Assembly (NCBI GenBank): GCA_000004985.1
Contig: GG738910.1
Direction: 5' to 3' (one strand)
Source: Naegleria gruberi
Lineage: Eukaryota
DNA: 64,000 bases
Under the pieces are notes generated by a model. That model had not been told where the DNA came from. It saw only the letters and a list, made by a program, of their open reading frames with translations, and did no database searches. Shown here piece after piece: positions 21,529 through 32,567 of the stretch. How positions within the stretch are numbered: the stretch's first letter is position 1; each line of letters starts with the position of its first letter. Both the position numbers and the translations under genes were made by a program.

Positions 21529-22969
21529 AGTTAATGACAGAACAACAGAAACCACCACCTCACAATATTCGATCGTTCATCAAATCCAAATAAAACAATA
21601 TTCAAATTTTTTTCCTTTAATTTAGATGTGCAATATTCTACTTCTAATCCCTATTCCAGTTCTTGAAAAAATCGTTCCAATTACTAATGTTATTGTGCCC
21701 TTGACATTCTTCCATCAGCCCTATCATAGATATCCCACAAAACTTCAAGACACTTAGACTCCAACTTGTCATATTCCATTAATTTAATGAATATCTCAAA
21801 TTCTCCCTTCCCAACTTTGGAAAGTTGTGGTTTGAGTCTAATTTAAATAATAGATATCTTGACAATTTCATTTCACCAATAGCTGCAAAGTTTACATGGC
21901 GATATGATAGAAGTCCCCAAATATAGATCCTACTCAAGTCAAATCTTTAACCACCATATAAAATATTACTTTTGGCTACAACATCTTTGGAAAAGTAGAA
22001 TGATATTGTAGTTTTCGAGAAATGATGATGGAAAATGATCGATTGAATGGATGAAACATAGAATTTTATCAATTCCATATCAAGCTGGGAAGAAATTTAC
22101 AATGAATTAGACATTTTAGAGAAATGCTGTTCCAAATTAGACAGATTTGTTTCTTACTGAATTACTAGTGGATCTTCCACATCAAACGAAGAACTTGACA
22201 TGGTAAAATACAACACTTGAAAACAGGTTTCCAGTATTGGGTGCCTTAATTAATGACAAAGGGCGAGAATGAAAGAAAACTTGATAATGTGTTCTTTGAA
22301 CAAAACCGCATGTTCAGGAGCAACGTCCAAACTTGTGTAAGCAATCATTTAATCAAGAACCAACACTCTTACTTTGGGGAGTTCAATATTTACTCAAACA
22401 TTTATGTAATATTTCAATACCAACATCCCAAATTTCAAAATCAAGAGTGAGCACTTGGCATCTTCTTGGAATAGGGTTGGGAGCAATCATCTGTCATTGA
22501 GCTCAGAAAGTATTATAAGAAATTCATATTTATTTTCAAATGCCACATCTAAGGAGATTGGGTTCGCACATGATTTTAAGCAATTTGGAAAAACAAGTTT
22601 TTGTGTTTTAAAGTGCTTTATTTTGAAACAGCACAAGAAATTAAACAACAATCTTTTGATAATTAGCTGAAGATTGAGCTTTTTCAAATAATATCATAGC
22701 CACAGTAATTGTCCTCTGTTGTATGTGGACAATAATTCAAAGAATGAGTACCATTCAAAGTTGATAAAAGTTACAGAAGCAAATCTTTGGGTGTTCTGAT
22801 TTCAATAAAAATTCAATTGTATTCAAATTTTTTTCAGCGTCGATATAATTGCCTGGAATCTCTCCTTATCCATTCATTGTTTGTGAATGTTTGTTATGCT
22901 TCTATGTTTGTCTACCGTACCACCAATACAGCCTGCTGTTATTCATAATAATTTTTATTTATTAAAAAA

Positions 22970-24107
22970 ATGACTGAACCAACACCAGTCGATATCACAC
23001 AAATCCCACCACTATCTCATTCCACCAAGGTTGCCTTAATATCTGGTGTTACTGGACAAGATGGATCCTATCTTGCTGAATTACTTTTAGATAAAGGATA
23101 TACTGTATATGGCATGATTAGACGTTCATCATCTTTTAATACAGGAAGAGTTGAACACCTCTATAAGGATGTTCATATTGTTGATGCGAGTAAGTTTAAC
23201 ATTTTATTATTGCTTAGTTTAATTAGAGTTTAAACTTGTGTACGGTGATTTAACTGATACTGGTAACATTATATCTATCATTTCAAAGATAAGACCTGAT
23301 GAAATATACAACCTGGGAGCTCAATCTCATGTTAAAATAAGCTTTGAAATGCCTGAATACACAGCAAATGTTGATGGTATTGGTACCTTACGATTTCTTG
23401 AAGCAATCCGAGCATGTGGTTTGGAAACGAAGACAAGATTTTATCAAGCAAGCACATCAGAGTTGTATGGCTTGGTACAAGAAATTCCTCAAAAAGAAAC
23501 TACTCCATTTTATCCTCGATCTCCTTATGCTTGCGCTAAGTTGTACAGTTACTGGATTGTTATTAACTATAGAGAAGCTTATAACATGTTCGCCTTGAAT
23601 GGTATTCTTTTCAATCATGAAAGTATCCGTAGAGGTCCAACCTTTGTAACAAGAAAAATCACAATGGCAGTAGCTCGTATTCATCTAGGTCTTCAAGAGT
23701 GCTTGTATTTGGGTAATTTGGATGCTGAAAGAGATTGGGGCCACGCAAAGGATTACGTTGAGGCTATGTGGTTGATGCTCCAACAAGAGAAGCCATCAGA
23801 CTATTGTGTTGCCACTGGAGAAAAGCACAAAGTTAGAGAATTTGTTGAAAAATCGTTTGCTGTTCTTGGTAAGAAGGTTGAATGGAAAGGAAAGTCAGGA
23901 ACTGTTGATGAATATGGTGAAGTTGATGGTGCTGTTAGAATTAGAGTTGACCCTCGTTATTTCAGACCAACCGAAGTTGAATTATTAATTGGAGACCCAA
24001 CAAAGGCCGAAACTGAATTAGGATGGAAGAGAAAAGTCAGCTTTGAGGAACTAGTAAAAGGAATGGTAAAAGGAGACGTGGAGTTATTGGGTAGCCAATG
24101 TAACTAG
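22970..24107 (+). CDS. GMD: GDP-mannose 4,6-dehydratase (GMD), 2 exons: 22970..23189 and 23227..24107
   Basis: Exon 1 carries the Rossmann motif [20 protein letters not shown] 37-nt intron GTAAGTTTAAC...TTAATTAG joins in frame to [11 protein letters not shown]... Exon 2 has [75 protein letters not shown]. Near-collinear with animal and bacterial GMD. Confidence 0.9.
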
Positions 24108-24265
24108 ATTAGATTTATGAATAAAATTTCAATAAAGAATAGTTGCAAACGAACACACCAAAGTTTCTTTGTAATCTACCACCAGCCTTTGGATTTATAG
24201 CGGCAGGGTATTAAACATTGGCAACTTCCTTAAAGTTAACAAGCCAAAGCCAATCTCCACCTGGC

Positions 24266-24290
24266 GATGTTCTCCATCGATCATGAACTC
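24266..24290 (+). repeat. Exact 25-nt element gatgttctccatcgatcatgaactc (copy 1), overlapping start codon of gene 24283..25377
   Basis: Identical 25-mer at 63737..63761. Contains ATCGAT, GATC and TCATGA palindromes. Flanks differ on both sides. Confidence 0.6.
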
Positions 24291-25377
24291 GATAAAAAAT
24301 TACCCCATTTTACCCCACAAAATATTAGGGTTACAACGAACACTCCTAAAAAAAATGCAAAAAAGACTAATATTTGTTGTAGTTTCAATCTTAATAATAG
24401 GAGTAATTTTTCTCTATTATTCTAATCTTTCTCGGAATGATAACCAAGCCAATAATGTTGTCATCTCAACTAAGGTCAGAGAACAAACATCTTCACAAGA
24501 ACCAAAAGTCATTGAAAAGATAATTGAAAAGACAATAGAAATACCTTTAGAAAAGATTGTTGAAAAGATAATTGAAAAACCGTGTGCCACAAGTCAAACC
24601 AACGATGATAACTTGTCCAAATTTTCACAATTGTTAAAAAATGATCAATTAAAATCAATTGAACTGACTAAACAAATCTTAAGTGGAAATGTTAAAAATC
24701 CAGCAGTTCATTTAGTAACTCAATTATTTGGAGGTATGCAAAACGATCATTATGTGGATATGTTGGCAGCAATTCAATTAAATCTTTTCAATCCATTTGT
24801 TGAAAAAGTTCACCTCCTTCAAGAGAATGATGCAAACGATAAAGATTTAAAGAAGTTAATTGGACAAGAAAAACTTGTCATTCACATGCTAGGTCATCGT
24901 ATTACAGTTGGTGATTTTATGAGATATTGTAATGACAAATTACCACAAAAAATTGTAGGACTCATTAATACTGATGTTTATTTTGATAATACCCTAGTTG
25001 AGTTCCATAGAATGCCATATCAAACTGCATATGTTATTTCAAGAAAGGAAACTCTAGTTGGTAATAAGCCAGATCCAATTAATAATAGAGATCAATGTGG
25101 TGGATATCAAGGTTCACATGATGCATTCATTTTCAGGAATACGGATAAATTTGGAGATTCAATCATCGACAAGTTAAATAATACTAATTTGGGATATATG
25201 GGCAGTGAAAATGTTATTTTATATTATTTGAAACGTGATTCTAATAGATATAGAATTTCAAATCCATGTTATGCTGTTAATTTATTCCACTTGCATAGAA
25301 ATAGATCAGAGAAGGAGGTTAAAAGATTTAATGGTGGAGGTATTTCTGATACACAGAACCCATCTGGAGATTTTTAG
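24283..25377 (+). CDS. Type II membrane protein with (E-K-I-I)n stem and uncharacterised lumenal domain (possible Golgi glycosyltransferase-like)
   Basis: Signal anchor LIFVVVSILIIGVIFLYY. Stem repeats EKIIEKTIEIPLEKIVEKIIEKP resemble the stems of the GT54 genes at 53.5-56.3 kb. The C-terminal ~250 aa has no family I can name. Its start codon is embedded in a 25-nt element repeated at 63737..63761. Confidence 0.5.
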   Translation: MNSIKNYPILPHKILGLQRTLLKKMQKRLIFVVVSILIIGVIFLYYSNLSRNDNQANNVVISTKVREQTSSQEPKVIEKIIEKTIEIPLEKIVEKIIEKPCATSQTNDDNLSKFSQLLKNDQLKSIELTKQILSGNVKNPAVHLVTQLFGGMQNDHYVDMLAAIQLNLFNPFVEKVHLLQENDANDKDLKKLIGQEKLVIHMLGHRITVGDFMRYCNDKLPQKIVGLINTDVYFDNTLVEFHRMPYQTAYVISRKETLVGNKPDPINNRDQCGGYQGSHDAFIFRNTDKFGDSIIDKLNNTNLGYMGSENVILYYLKRDSNRYRISNPCYAVNLFHLHRNRSEKEVKRFNGGGISDTQNPSGDF

Positions 25378-25502
25378 ATTGTGCAATCAATTATTAAATT
25401 TTAACTTTATTTCACTGCCCTTTCCGTATATTATGGACAACCAACAGATAAGGAAATAAAACATGGTTTTATCTAGATTAATATCCTGATTAAAAGAAGA
25501 GT

Positions 25503-28500
25503 TTATTGTTGTGGTTGTCTTGGCTCTAATTCTAAAGACCTATCCCACAATGTATCTTCATCAACAAGTTGAATGTTTCCAAGAGAAAGTAAGGATTGGA
25601 TAGAAGGATTGGTTGAAACTCCACTAGTGTAAAGTTTGTAATCCTCCAAAGTTACTGTTTGGATTTGATTGATAATTCTCTTGATGAAATCAACAGTTTC
25701 GAAATAGTAAGGTTGCATTTGATATTGTCTAATTTCTAAAATAATTTTAGAAACTTGTCTTCGTTTGAATACGTTGATTAGGCCATCACGAATATAGTCT
25801 GGATTACCATCGTTGATGAATGTTAAATCTTTCAGATACATGCTTAATGGAGGAATGCATGGAGGGAGGCAAAGTTGAAGAGCTTGTCTCATGTTCTTGT
25901 TTGCTTGCTCTTGAGAGCACAATTTCTTCAAATCCTCATACAATGTCAAGTACTCTGTTGGAACTGTTGCCCAAGTCTTTTTCAATCTGTAAACAGAAAC
26001 ATTGGATAAACCGCTGAGTATTTCTGAAAGACCATGGAAATTATTGATATCTCTTAATGCATTTGCCAACTCTATAAATTTGATAATGTATCTTCTTCTA
26101 ATTTTGAGATCATTTTGTGAAAGAATAGAACATGCAACAAATTGAGTCATCTTATTCCATCGATCAGTCAAGTGGGCAATATTTGGAGCTTCGTCATATT
26201 TTGAAGATTTTGTCCAGGCACCACTAAGGCATTCCTTTGGTTCAATCTTTTGGAAATATTCGTATTCAATGAGTGTGATTTGTCTTGCGATTTCAATTGG
26301 GCTCCATTCGAGAATATTAAAGGCAACATGTTCACTAAAGTTTTCTGGAATAATAGGGTCAGGAACATCAGTTTGTTTAGCATGTTTAACAGCCTTATCG
26401 TTATCTTTGATCAGCTTGTTACTGAGCGTTTTTCTGAGAGCATTGCAGAAGGAAGAAAATTCTTTGATATTTGCAACTGAATCCAAAAATTGAATCAAAC
26501 GAACAAGCAATAAATTATCAAAATCATGGAAATACTTTTCGACCCACATTTTAACAGCATTGATAACTCTGAGGAGTACTTTAGTGTTGGCTTCTGGTTG
26601 AATATCTTGCTTTTTCTGTTCTTCAGCAATATTGAATCTGTCAATTAACTTATCCATTAGGACATGGCTAGAACAGAAGGAACGATAGGTGAGGAAGAAG
26701 ACATCTCTGAACTTTGGGTCCGTTTCCTTGTCGCTGGTGATTTTTTCAATAAGCTTGTCAAGAGTAGCTGCTTTGATTTGATTATTCTCCACTACATAGT
26801 TCTTCTCAGAGTCTTCAGTAAGGATAAGCTTCTCGTGATTTTTCTCAATGTTCTCTAATTTGGCTTGGTGAGATATCAAGAGGCAGTCAATACTTTCAAG
26901 GATATATGATTCATTTTCTGATTGTGATAGTGGGAAGCAACAAACAGACAATAGAGTACCTAAAGCCCATTTCCATCTGTCGTCATGAATATCAATGCTG
27001 AAAACAGGAATAAGCTTTTGTACAATTGTAACGAATAAAGGAGTTAACATGGTATTTGTCAACATTGGATCCATTCTCTTTCTTACATTTTCAGCATCTT
27101 GTGAAGATTGGTTGAATTGCTCAATATATTTCATAATTAAAAGCAATACCTCCTCGATAACAGGAGAATATTTTTCGTTTTCCATAATCATCAATTCCCA
27201 TTTTTGTTCAATGAAACAGACCAAAATTTCAATAACAATTGTTTTGATCATTCTTCTAGTAACCCTGACAGGATATGCAATGTGCTTGTTAATGGCAATC
27301 GAAAGAAGTTTTACAAAACTAACGAGCACATCTGGAGACTTGTGGTTCCAAATCTCAGGCCATTCTTCTTTCTTTCTATTTCTCAAACAGTGAACAAACG
27401 AAACAGCAAAGTGAGACTGAAGATCATTGTCCATATTTCTTAATAATTTTTCTACATGGGCAATCTCAAAGAAAAGTGGCATTACTAGTTTGCAAATTTC
27501 ATTTCTAGAATCAGCAGAGCTAAACTTTGTTAATGAGTCTAGCTTTACAATTAATCTATTAATTATTCTCAGAGTTATTGTTCTTAAATCTGGTTTGTTG
27601 GCCTTTTGTAAGATACCAATAACAAACTTTAGAAGAAATGGTGTTTCACTACACATGTTAACTTCTACAAATATGCTTGAGTCAATTATAATTTCAGCAA
27701 AATCAAACTTTAGACCCACCACAACAGGAGAAGATTTGAATTGTGTTGTAAGTACATAATCATTGAGGGCTGTCTTGACAAATTTTCTAAATCTAACATC
27801 ATCTTTCATTTCTTTCATTAGTGAAATTTCCAATAAATCACACATGAACAAGGCCAAGTGCCTATTGACAACCTTAACAAAATGTAACTTGATAGGGTCG
27901 CCTGAGGCTGTGAGTAGTCTTTCCATCAATTTTGTTTGTAAGCTTCTCATCTTGGTGTAGAAAACTTCTGTAAATACGTCTTGTTTCTTTCCCTCCAAAA
28001 TGTAGAGTTTCATTGATTTGACAAGTGTATCAAACAAAAACCAAGAAAGTTTCAATGAGTCCAAAGCATTAATTTCTTCAACAGTGCTTTCTTGGCTTTC
28101 TGATGATTGGTTAGAGCGTGGTTTAGAGAAGTAGGTTGCTCTTCTTGGTCTATTGGCTACGCTATCGTTTGTAGAAGAAGAAGCTCCTGAACTTTCTGTA
28201 GTATTCGAGTTTGATTCTTTGGTTCTACTCTCTGTTTCTTTGGTATGACATGATTTGAAGAATTCTTCCCATCTTTCTGCCAACAGTAAACAAAAGCTTG
28301 TATTATCTGGCGTTGGAGGATTTTTGAACATGTAATAAATATATCCATTCAAAAATTGATCTCTCTCATAATAATCTAATCTGGAATTACTTCTCATACC
28401 TCTCAACATGTGGAGAAGAGTTTCAAAGACTAGCAATGAAAGGGAGGTTGTGGTTGTTGATGTTGATGTTGTTGTCTCTTTCACAGATTCAACATTTTTA

Positions 28501-31500
28501 GTTCTGGAGGTGAGAGTGGCTGTTCTCTTTTTTACAAATCCAGCAATACCTAGAGTTTTCTCAGATACAGAGTTATTGTTTTGAATTTCTGAACTTGTAG
28601 AATTCTGCAAAGAGGCTGTTTTAACATTAGCAATAATGTACATTACACAATTCAAAAATACAGGGAAATGATAAAGCATTTGAGACCAATGAGCTTTCTG
28701 GAAGTTTTTCAAAATACTTTCAGCATCAGAAAGTGACATGGCATCATTCAATTGACTCAAAAAGGAACCCTTTGGTAAATTATTGTTCTTTGAATTAATG
28801 AAAAGCCCAGAGTTTGTTAATAAAGATACAGCATTCTTGTCTGATGGGAAAATTGATGATTTGGCAATAACATTAAATCTAAAAATGGATTTTCCATTAG
28901 CATACTTTTGTAAAGACTTATCAGAAAGATAATTGTTTGGTAAAGTTGTGCACTTATATATTGGTAATTTTTTCATACCATTCTTAAATCCTTCATCTTG
29001 GACCAGTTTCAGAATAGAGAAGCCAATCACTGTAGTATCAGCTTTTCCAACTACACCTGATACTGGTTGACCTCTCTTGGAGGAAACATGTCTAAATTCA
29101 AAAACTAAATGATGGTTATCATGAATAGGGAATGGAAGTTGAATTTTGATTTGGTCAAAGAACAGAGGATACTTTTCGTGATAAGTAATACTGGATATGG
29201 CTTGTTGCTTAATATCCATACCTCCAATATAGTTTCTACTTCCTTCAGAGAAAATTCTACTAGCTCCAACAAGAACGCCTCCACTCATTTCATCATTTTC
29301 TCTTAACAAAACTCTAACGGCAACTGATTTGTAAGAATTTGGAAGTGATGTCATATTGATGTTATCAAGTAAAATATACAAAACATGATTGAATGTTAAA
29401 TCTAACTTTGGTGCTGTTGTGAAGAGAGTTGTGGATTTTGAAGAATGAGAAAAAGTATTGAAAGACATGGTTATGGTTTCATCATCATCAAATGTGAAGG
29501 AATCAGCATTGTCTTCTGAGACAGAAACAGCTTTAACTTCATGCACTCCAGTATCATAGAGTGGCCTAACTTGATGATATTTAGAAATATTATCAGGATT
29601 ACTATCAATAAGCATTGTAAATTTTGCAGAAATATTTTTGAAAGTAATATTGTCAACTTTTAAAGTTCCTTTCTGTTTGGAGTAGTCTCTTTGGTGTTCA
29701 ATGAGACTAGAAACATTGCACCTTTGTTTCTTTCCATCTAAGTGAGGGACAACAAATAGCTTGTCAAAGATAATTGCTCCTTTTCTCACTTCATATGTTG
29801 GTGGCTCTTCAATGCTTACTTTGAGTTCATTAGATGTGACAGATTCTCGTTTTTCCTCAAAGAGAGGCTCGACGGCACAGATCAGAGGGGATTTAAATTG
29901 ATCCAAGAACGAGTAAGCTGTTTTAAGTTTTTCCAAGTATGATTTTTTAGATGATTCATCAATCTTTTTCTTTGCTAGATAGGTATTATCAACATATGAG
30001 TTATCTGAGAATATTCTCTTAACCCAGAGAACTAGATAAATGTTTGGATTCTTATCCTTCACAGAAAATATAGCCTTCATCTTGGCCTCTGTACTAAGTA
30101 AATCTTTAGGGAAAGATTTTTCAATTCCCAATTGGGTAAGAGTTCCCATACCAGTGTTCAAAGTAAAATTGAACTCTTCTGAAATTCTTGATTCTGTCTT
30201 TTTATCATACAGATACAGTGTCGCATAGAGTGGTTCCAGATTAATATCAGTATTTTCAAATATTAAACCTTTGGCATTGATGAGAATTTTGAGAGATTGA
30301 TCGACTTGGAAAGGATTTGAAGGTATTCCTCTCTTGCAAACATCCTCTTCCAAATTTGACAGTCTATAAAAAGGGTTATAGATTGAGGCAACTCTATTTG
30401 AAGTTTCTTCATACATCTTTTCGGATACTTCTCGGAAGTTTAACTCTGTGTTAACAATTTCTTCTTCTTCCTCTTCTTCTACATCAACTTCTAATGTTTC
30501 AAGATCGACATCACTTCTTCTTGGGTCAACTAAACTACTACCACTATTGGTCAAAATCATTCCCAAACCAGTATTGGAAGCAGATGAATACTTGCCTCCT
30601 AAATATTCTTGTGAGTTGACAGAAAGATAATTCGTTGAAATTGGAGAAAATGATGAACTGGCAGGAGGAGCAACATTCACAGTTGGGTTGGAAAGTACAT
30701 TATTGGTAGTGTTACTTCTAGCTTTAAGTCTTTTTGGAGTAAGAGGTAGAGAGGCACTTGGAGTAAGAGATGGTTTGTAAGGTGAATCATCAATTCTAAT
30801 CTGATTGGCTGATAGTGGAGCAGAAATTGGTACAATTGTACTTCCGATTTGTGAGCTAATAAGTAAATTACAAGTGGTTGATGTAGAATCAGACAATTGC
30901 TTTCCTGTAATTGGATTCAATCCAGCCTTTGCGCTCATCTCCAAATCCCAATCCAATTGATTTTTAATTTTCGAACCATCTAAATTATTATTATTAATTC
31001 TAACAATTTGTTTTTCATCTAGAATTAATCGTGTTGCAAATTGAAGAGCAGGATGATCGGAAAGTGAATTATTAAGAATTTGTCTAATAGATTCATCATT
31101 ATTTGATGTTAGTACATCATTAAAGTGGATTGGTAAATTCTCATGAACCATCTCTATGAAATTATCTGGTGGTGAAAAGAGAGGATGTTCCACAAAATCA
31201 TCAGATTGTTTTGGTCGACTTGTAACTGGTACATTTGTTGTTGCTGTTGTTAGACCATTAGTATTATTACCTGTTGTACTAGTGGTTGTTGATGAATTAT
31301 TGTTTCTACATTCTGTATTTTCCTTCTGTGGTGATACTTGTTGTTGATCAACTTCATTTTCTTGTGAGAAGACTTTAACTCCAACAGCCGATGATGCTGC
31401 AAGAGGAGAAGAATTCTTGAAGGAAGATGATTTGCTGTTGGTGTTGGTGGAGGAGGCAGACGATGGGGTATTAGAAGGTCTGGGGGATCTAGGAGTCAAA

Positions 31501-31940
31501 TTTGCTGATTCAAACCTGAGAGCACTTGGTAATCTCTTCAGATTGGAGTTTGATGCTGCTGCCAAGTGATTGCCTCTTGGAGAGGAATAGGAAGATGGTT
31601 GTCCATTTGGTGAATGATCGTTTTCCACAACTTTTGGCAAATTGTGTAATTGTAACTTGTGTTGGAGCATGATTTGAGAAAGGGACTGTTGTTTCACTTC
31701 CACTGGTACCAAATTATCCATTGTTTGATTTGTTGTTGTTGTTGTTTGATTATTGTTATTTGGAGATGGAGTATTTTCCTCATCATCACTTTCAATAGAT
31801 TGAATATCATTTAAACTTTCATCGTCAACATAATCGTCATGTGATGGATAAAATTCCTCTTGTTCCTTCTTTTGTTGTTCTGTTTTGTGAAAGAAATTAT
31901 CTAATAGAAATCTTTGGAAAATACAAACCTGCAATTTCAT
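25503..31940 (-). CDS. Giant Ras guanine-nucleotide exchange factor (RasGEF_N + CDC25-homology domain at C-terminus; ~1500 aa N-terminal region of unknown function, low-complexity N-terminus)
   Basis: RasGEF N-terminal block KLIEKITSDKETDPKFRDVFFLTYRSFCSSHVLMDKLIDRF. CDC25 catalytic block with HVAFNILEWSPIEIARQITLIEYEYFQKIEPKECL...NFHGLSEILSGLSNVSVYRLKKTW...LPPCIPPLSMYLKDLTFINDGNPDY. A possible extra 5' exon lies at 31925..32103 (see findings). Confidence 0.85.
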   Translation of the reverse strand: MKLQVCIFQRFLLDNFFHKTEQQKKEQEEFYPSHDDYVDDESLNDIQSIESDDEENTPSPNNNNQTTTTTNQTMDNLVPVEVKQQSLSQIMLQHKLQLHNLPKVVENDHSPNGQPSSYSSPRGNHLAAASNSNLKRLPSALRFESANLTPRSPRPSNTPSSASSTNTNSKSSSFKNSSPLAASSAVGVKVFSQENEVDQQQVSPQKENTECRNNNSSTTTSTTGNNTNGLTTATTNVPVTSRPKQSDDFVEHPLFSPPDNFIEMVHENLPIHFNDVLTSNNDESIRQILNNSLSDHPALQFATRLILDEKQIVRINNNNLDGSKIKNQLDWDLEMSAKAGLNPITGKQLSDSTSTTCNLLISSQIGSTIVPISAPLSANQIRIDDSPYKPSLTPSASLPLTPKRLKARSNTTNNVLSNPTVNVAPPASSSFSPISTNYLSVNSQEYLGGKYSSASNTGLGMILTNSGSSLVDPRRSDVDLETLEVDVEEEEEEEIVNTELNFREVSEKMYEETSNRVASIYNPFYRLSNLEEDVCKRGIPSNPFQVDQSLKILINAKGLIFENTDINLEPLYATLYLYDKKTESRISEEFNFTLNTGMGTLTQLGIEKSFPKDLLSTEAKMKAIFSVKDKNPNIYLVLWVKRIFSDNSYVDNTYLAKKKIDESSKKSYLEKLKTAYSFLDQFKSPLICAVEPLFEEKRESVTSNELKVSIEEPPTYEVRKGAIIFDKLFVVPHLDGKKQRCNVSSLIEHQRDYSKQKGTLKVDNITFKNISAKFTMLIDSNPDNISKYHQVRPLYDTGVHEVKAVSVSEDNADSFTFDDDETITMSFNTFSHSSKSTTLFTTAPKLDLTFNHVLYILLDNINMTSLPNSYKSVAVRVLLRENDEMSGGVLVGASRIFSEGSRNYIGGMDIKQQAISSITYHEKYPLFFDQIKIQLPFPIHDNHHLVFEFRHVSSKRGQPVSGVVGKADTTVIGFSILKLVQDEGFKNGMKKLPIYKCTTLPNNYLSDKSLQKYANGKSIFRFNVIAKSSIFPSDKNAVSLLTNSGLFINSKNNNLPKGSFLSQLNDAMSLSDAESILKNFQKAHWSQMLYHFPVFLNCVMYIIANVKTASLQNSTSSEIQNNNSVSEKTLGIAGFVKKRTATLTSRTKNVESVKETTTSTSTTTTSLSLLVFETLLHMLRGMRSNSRLDYYERDQFLNGYIYYMFKNPPTPDNTSFCLLLAERWEEFFKSCHTKETESRTKESNSNTTESSGASSSTNDSVANRPRRATYFSKPRSNQSSESQESTVEEINALDSLKLSWFLFDTLVKSMKLYILEGKKQDVFTEVFYTKMRSLQTKLMERLLTASGDPIKLHFVKVVNRHLALFMCDLLEISLMKEMKDDVRFRKFVKTALNDYVLTTQFKSSPVVVGLKFDFAEIIIDSSIFVEVNMCSETPFLLKFVIGILQKANKPDLRTITLRIINRLIVKLDSLTKFSSADSRNEICKLVMPLFFEIAHVEKLLRNMDNDLQSHFAVSFVHCLRNRKKEEWPEIWNHKSPDVLVSFVKLLSIAINKHIAYPVRVTRRMIKTIVIEILVCFIEQKWELMIMENEKYSPVIEEVLLLIMKYIEQFNQSSQDAENVRKRMDPMLTNTMLTPLFVTIVQKLIPVFSIDIHDDRWKWALGTLLSVCCFPLSQSENESYILESIDCLLISHQAKLENIEKNHEKLILTEDSEKNYVVENNQIKAATLDKLIEKITSDKETDPKFRDVFFLTYRSFCSSHVLMDKLIDRFNIAEEQKKQDIQPEANTKVLLRVINAVKMWVEKYFHDFDNLLLVRLIQFLDSVANIKEFSSFCNALRKTLSNKLIKDNDKAVKHAKQTDVPDPIIPENFSEHVAFNILEWSPIEIARQITLIEYEYFQKIEPKECLSGAWTKSSKYDEAPNIAHLTDRWNKMTQFVACSILSQNDLKIRRRYIIKFIELANALRDINNFHGLSEILSGLSNVSVYRLKKTWATVPTEYLTLYEDLKKLCSQEQANKNMRQALQLCLPPCIPPLSMYLKDLTFINDGNPDYIRDGLINVFKRRQVSKIILEIRQYQMQPYYFETVDFIKRIINQIQTVTLEDYKLYTSGVSTNPSIQSLLSLGNIQLVDEDTLWDRSLELEPRQPQQ

Positions 31941-32567
31941 TGACAGTTTTTAATAATACAACTGGAAATTGTCGTAAATTATCAAGAAGTTGGTCTAAAT
32001 CGAAAAATTTGTTAATTGACTCTTCGTTGGTAGAAATGGTGATGAATGTGTCATCCTCTGTGTTAGAGTTTGACATTTTTTTGTGACTGTTGACGGTTGG
32101 CATTTCTCAACTTCCACACTTTGACAATAATATTTGGGAATTGAATAAATTTATGTTTAAATTATGTTGAAATATCTAAAACTTAACCAATCTCACAACA
32201 ATTTATTCAATCACGAAGTCTGAATGACAAATTGTAATAAATTATTCTAAATAAAAAAAATTGAAAAGCAAACAATTACCTATTTTCTCCACCAGATTAT
32301 CTATTATTTATGAAATATTTAGTTATTATTATATACAGCGTATATAGAACGATATCTTTACAGAATTCCAAGTTATGTATCTTTCATAAATGTCTTTTTG
32401 TTTTTGTTCCTGAGATTTCGGTCTAGATCCTATAAGTTTTTATCCTTTCGCTTCTCAACAGATCATTGAGATGTTTTATTCCAAGAAATCAACCTATTCT
32501 AAAAATTACACAGTAACATCGTGAACCGAATTTTTCGGCTGGAGTACTCGTAACAACTATTAAAAAA

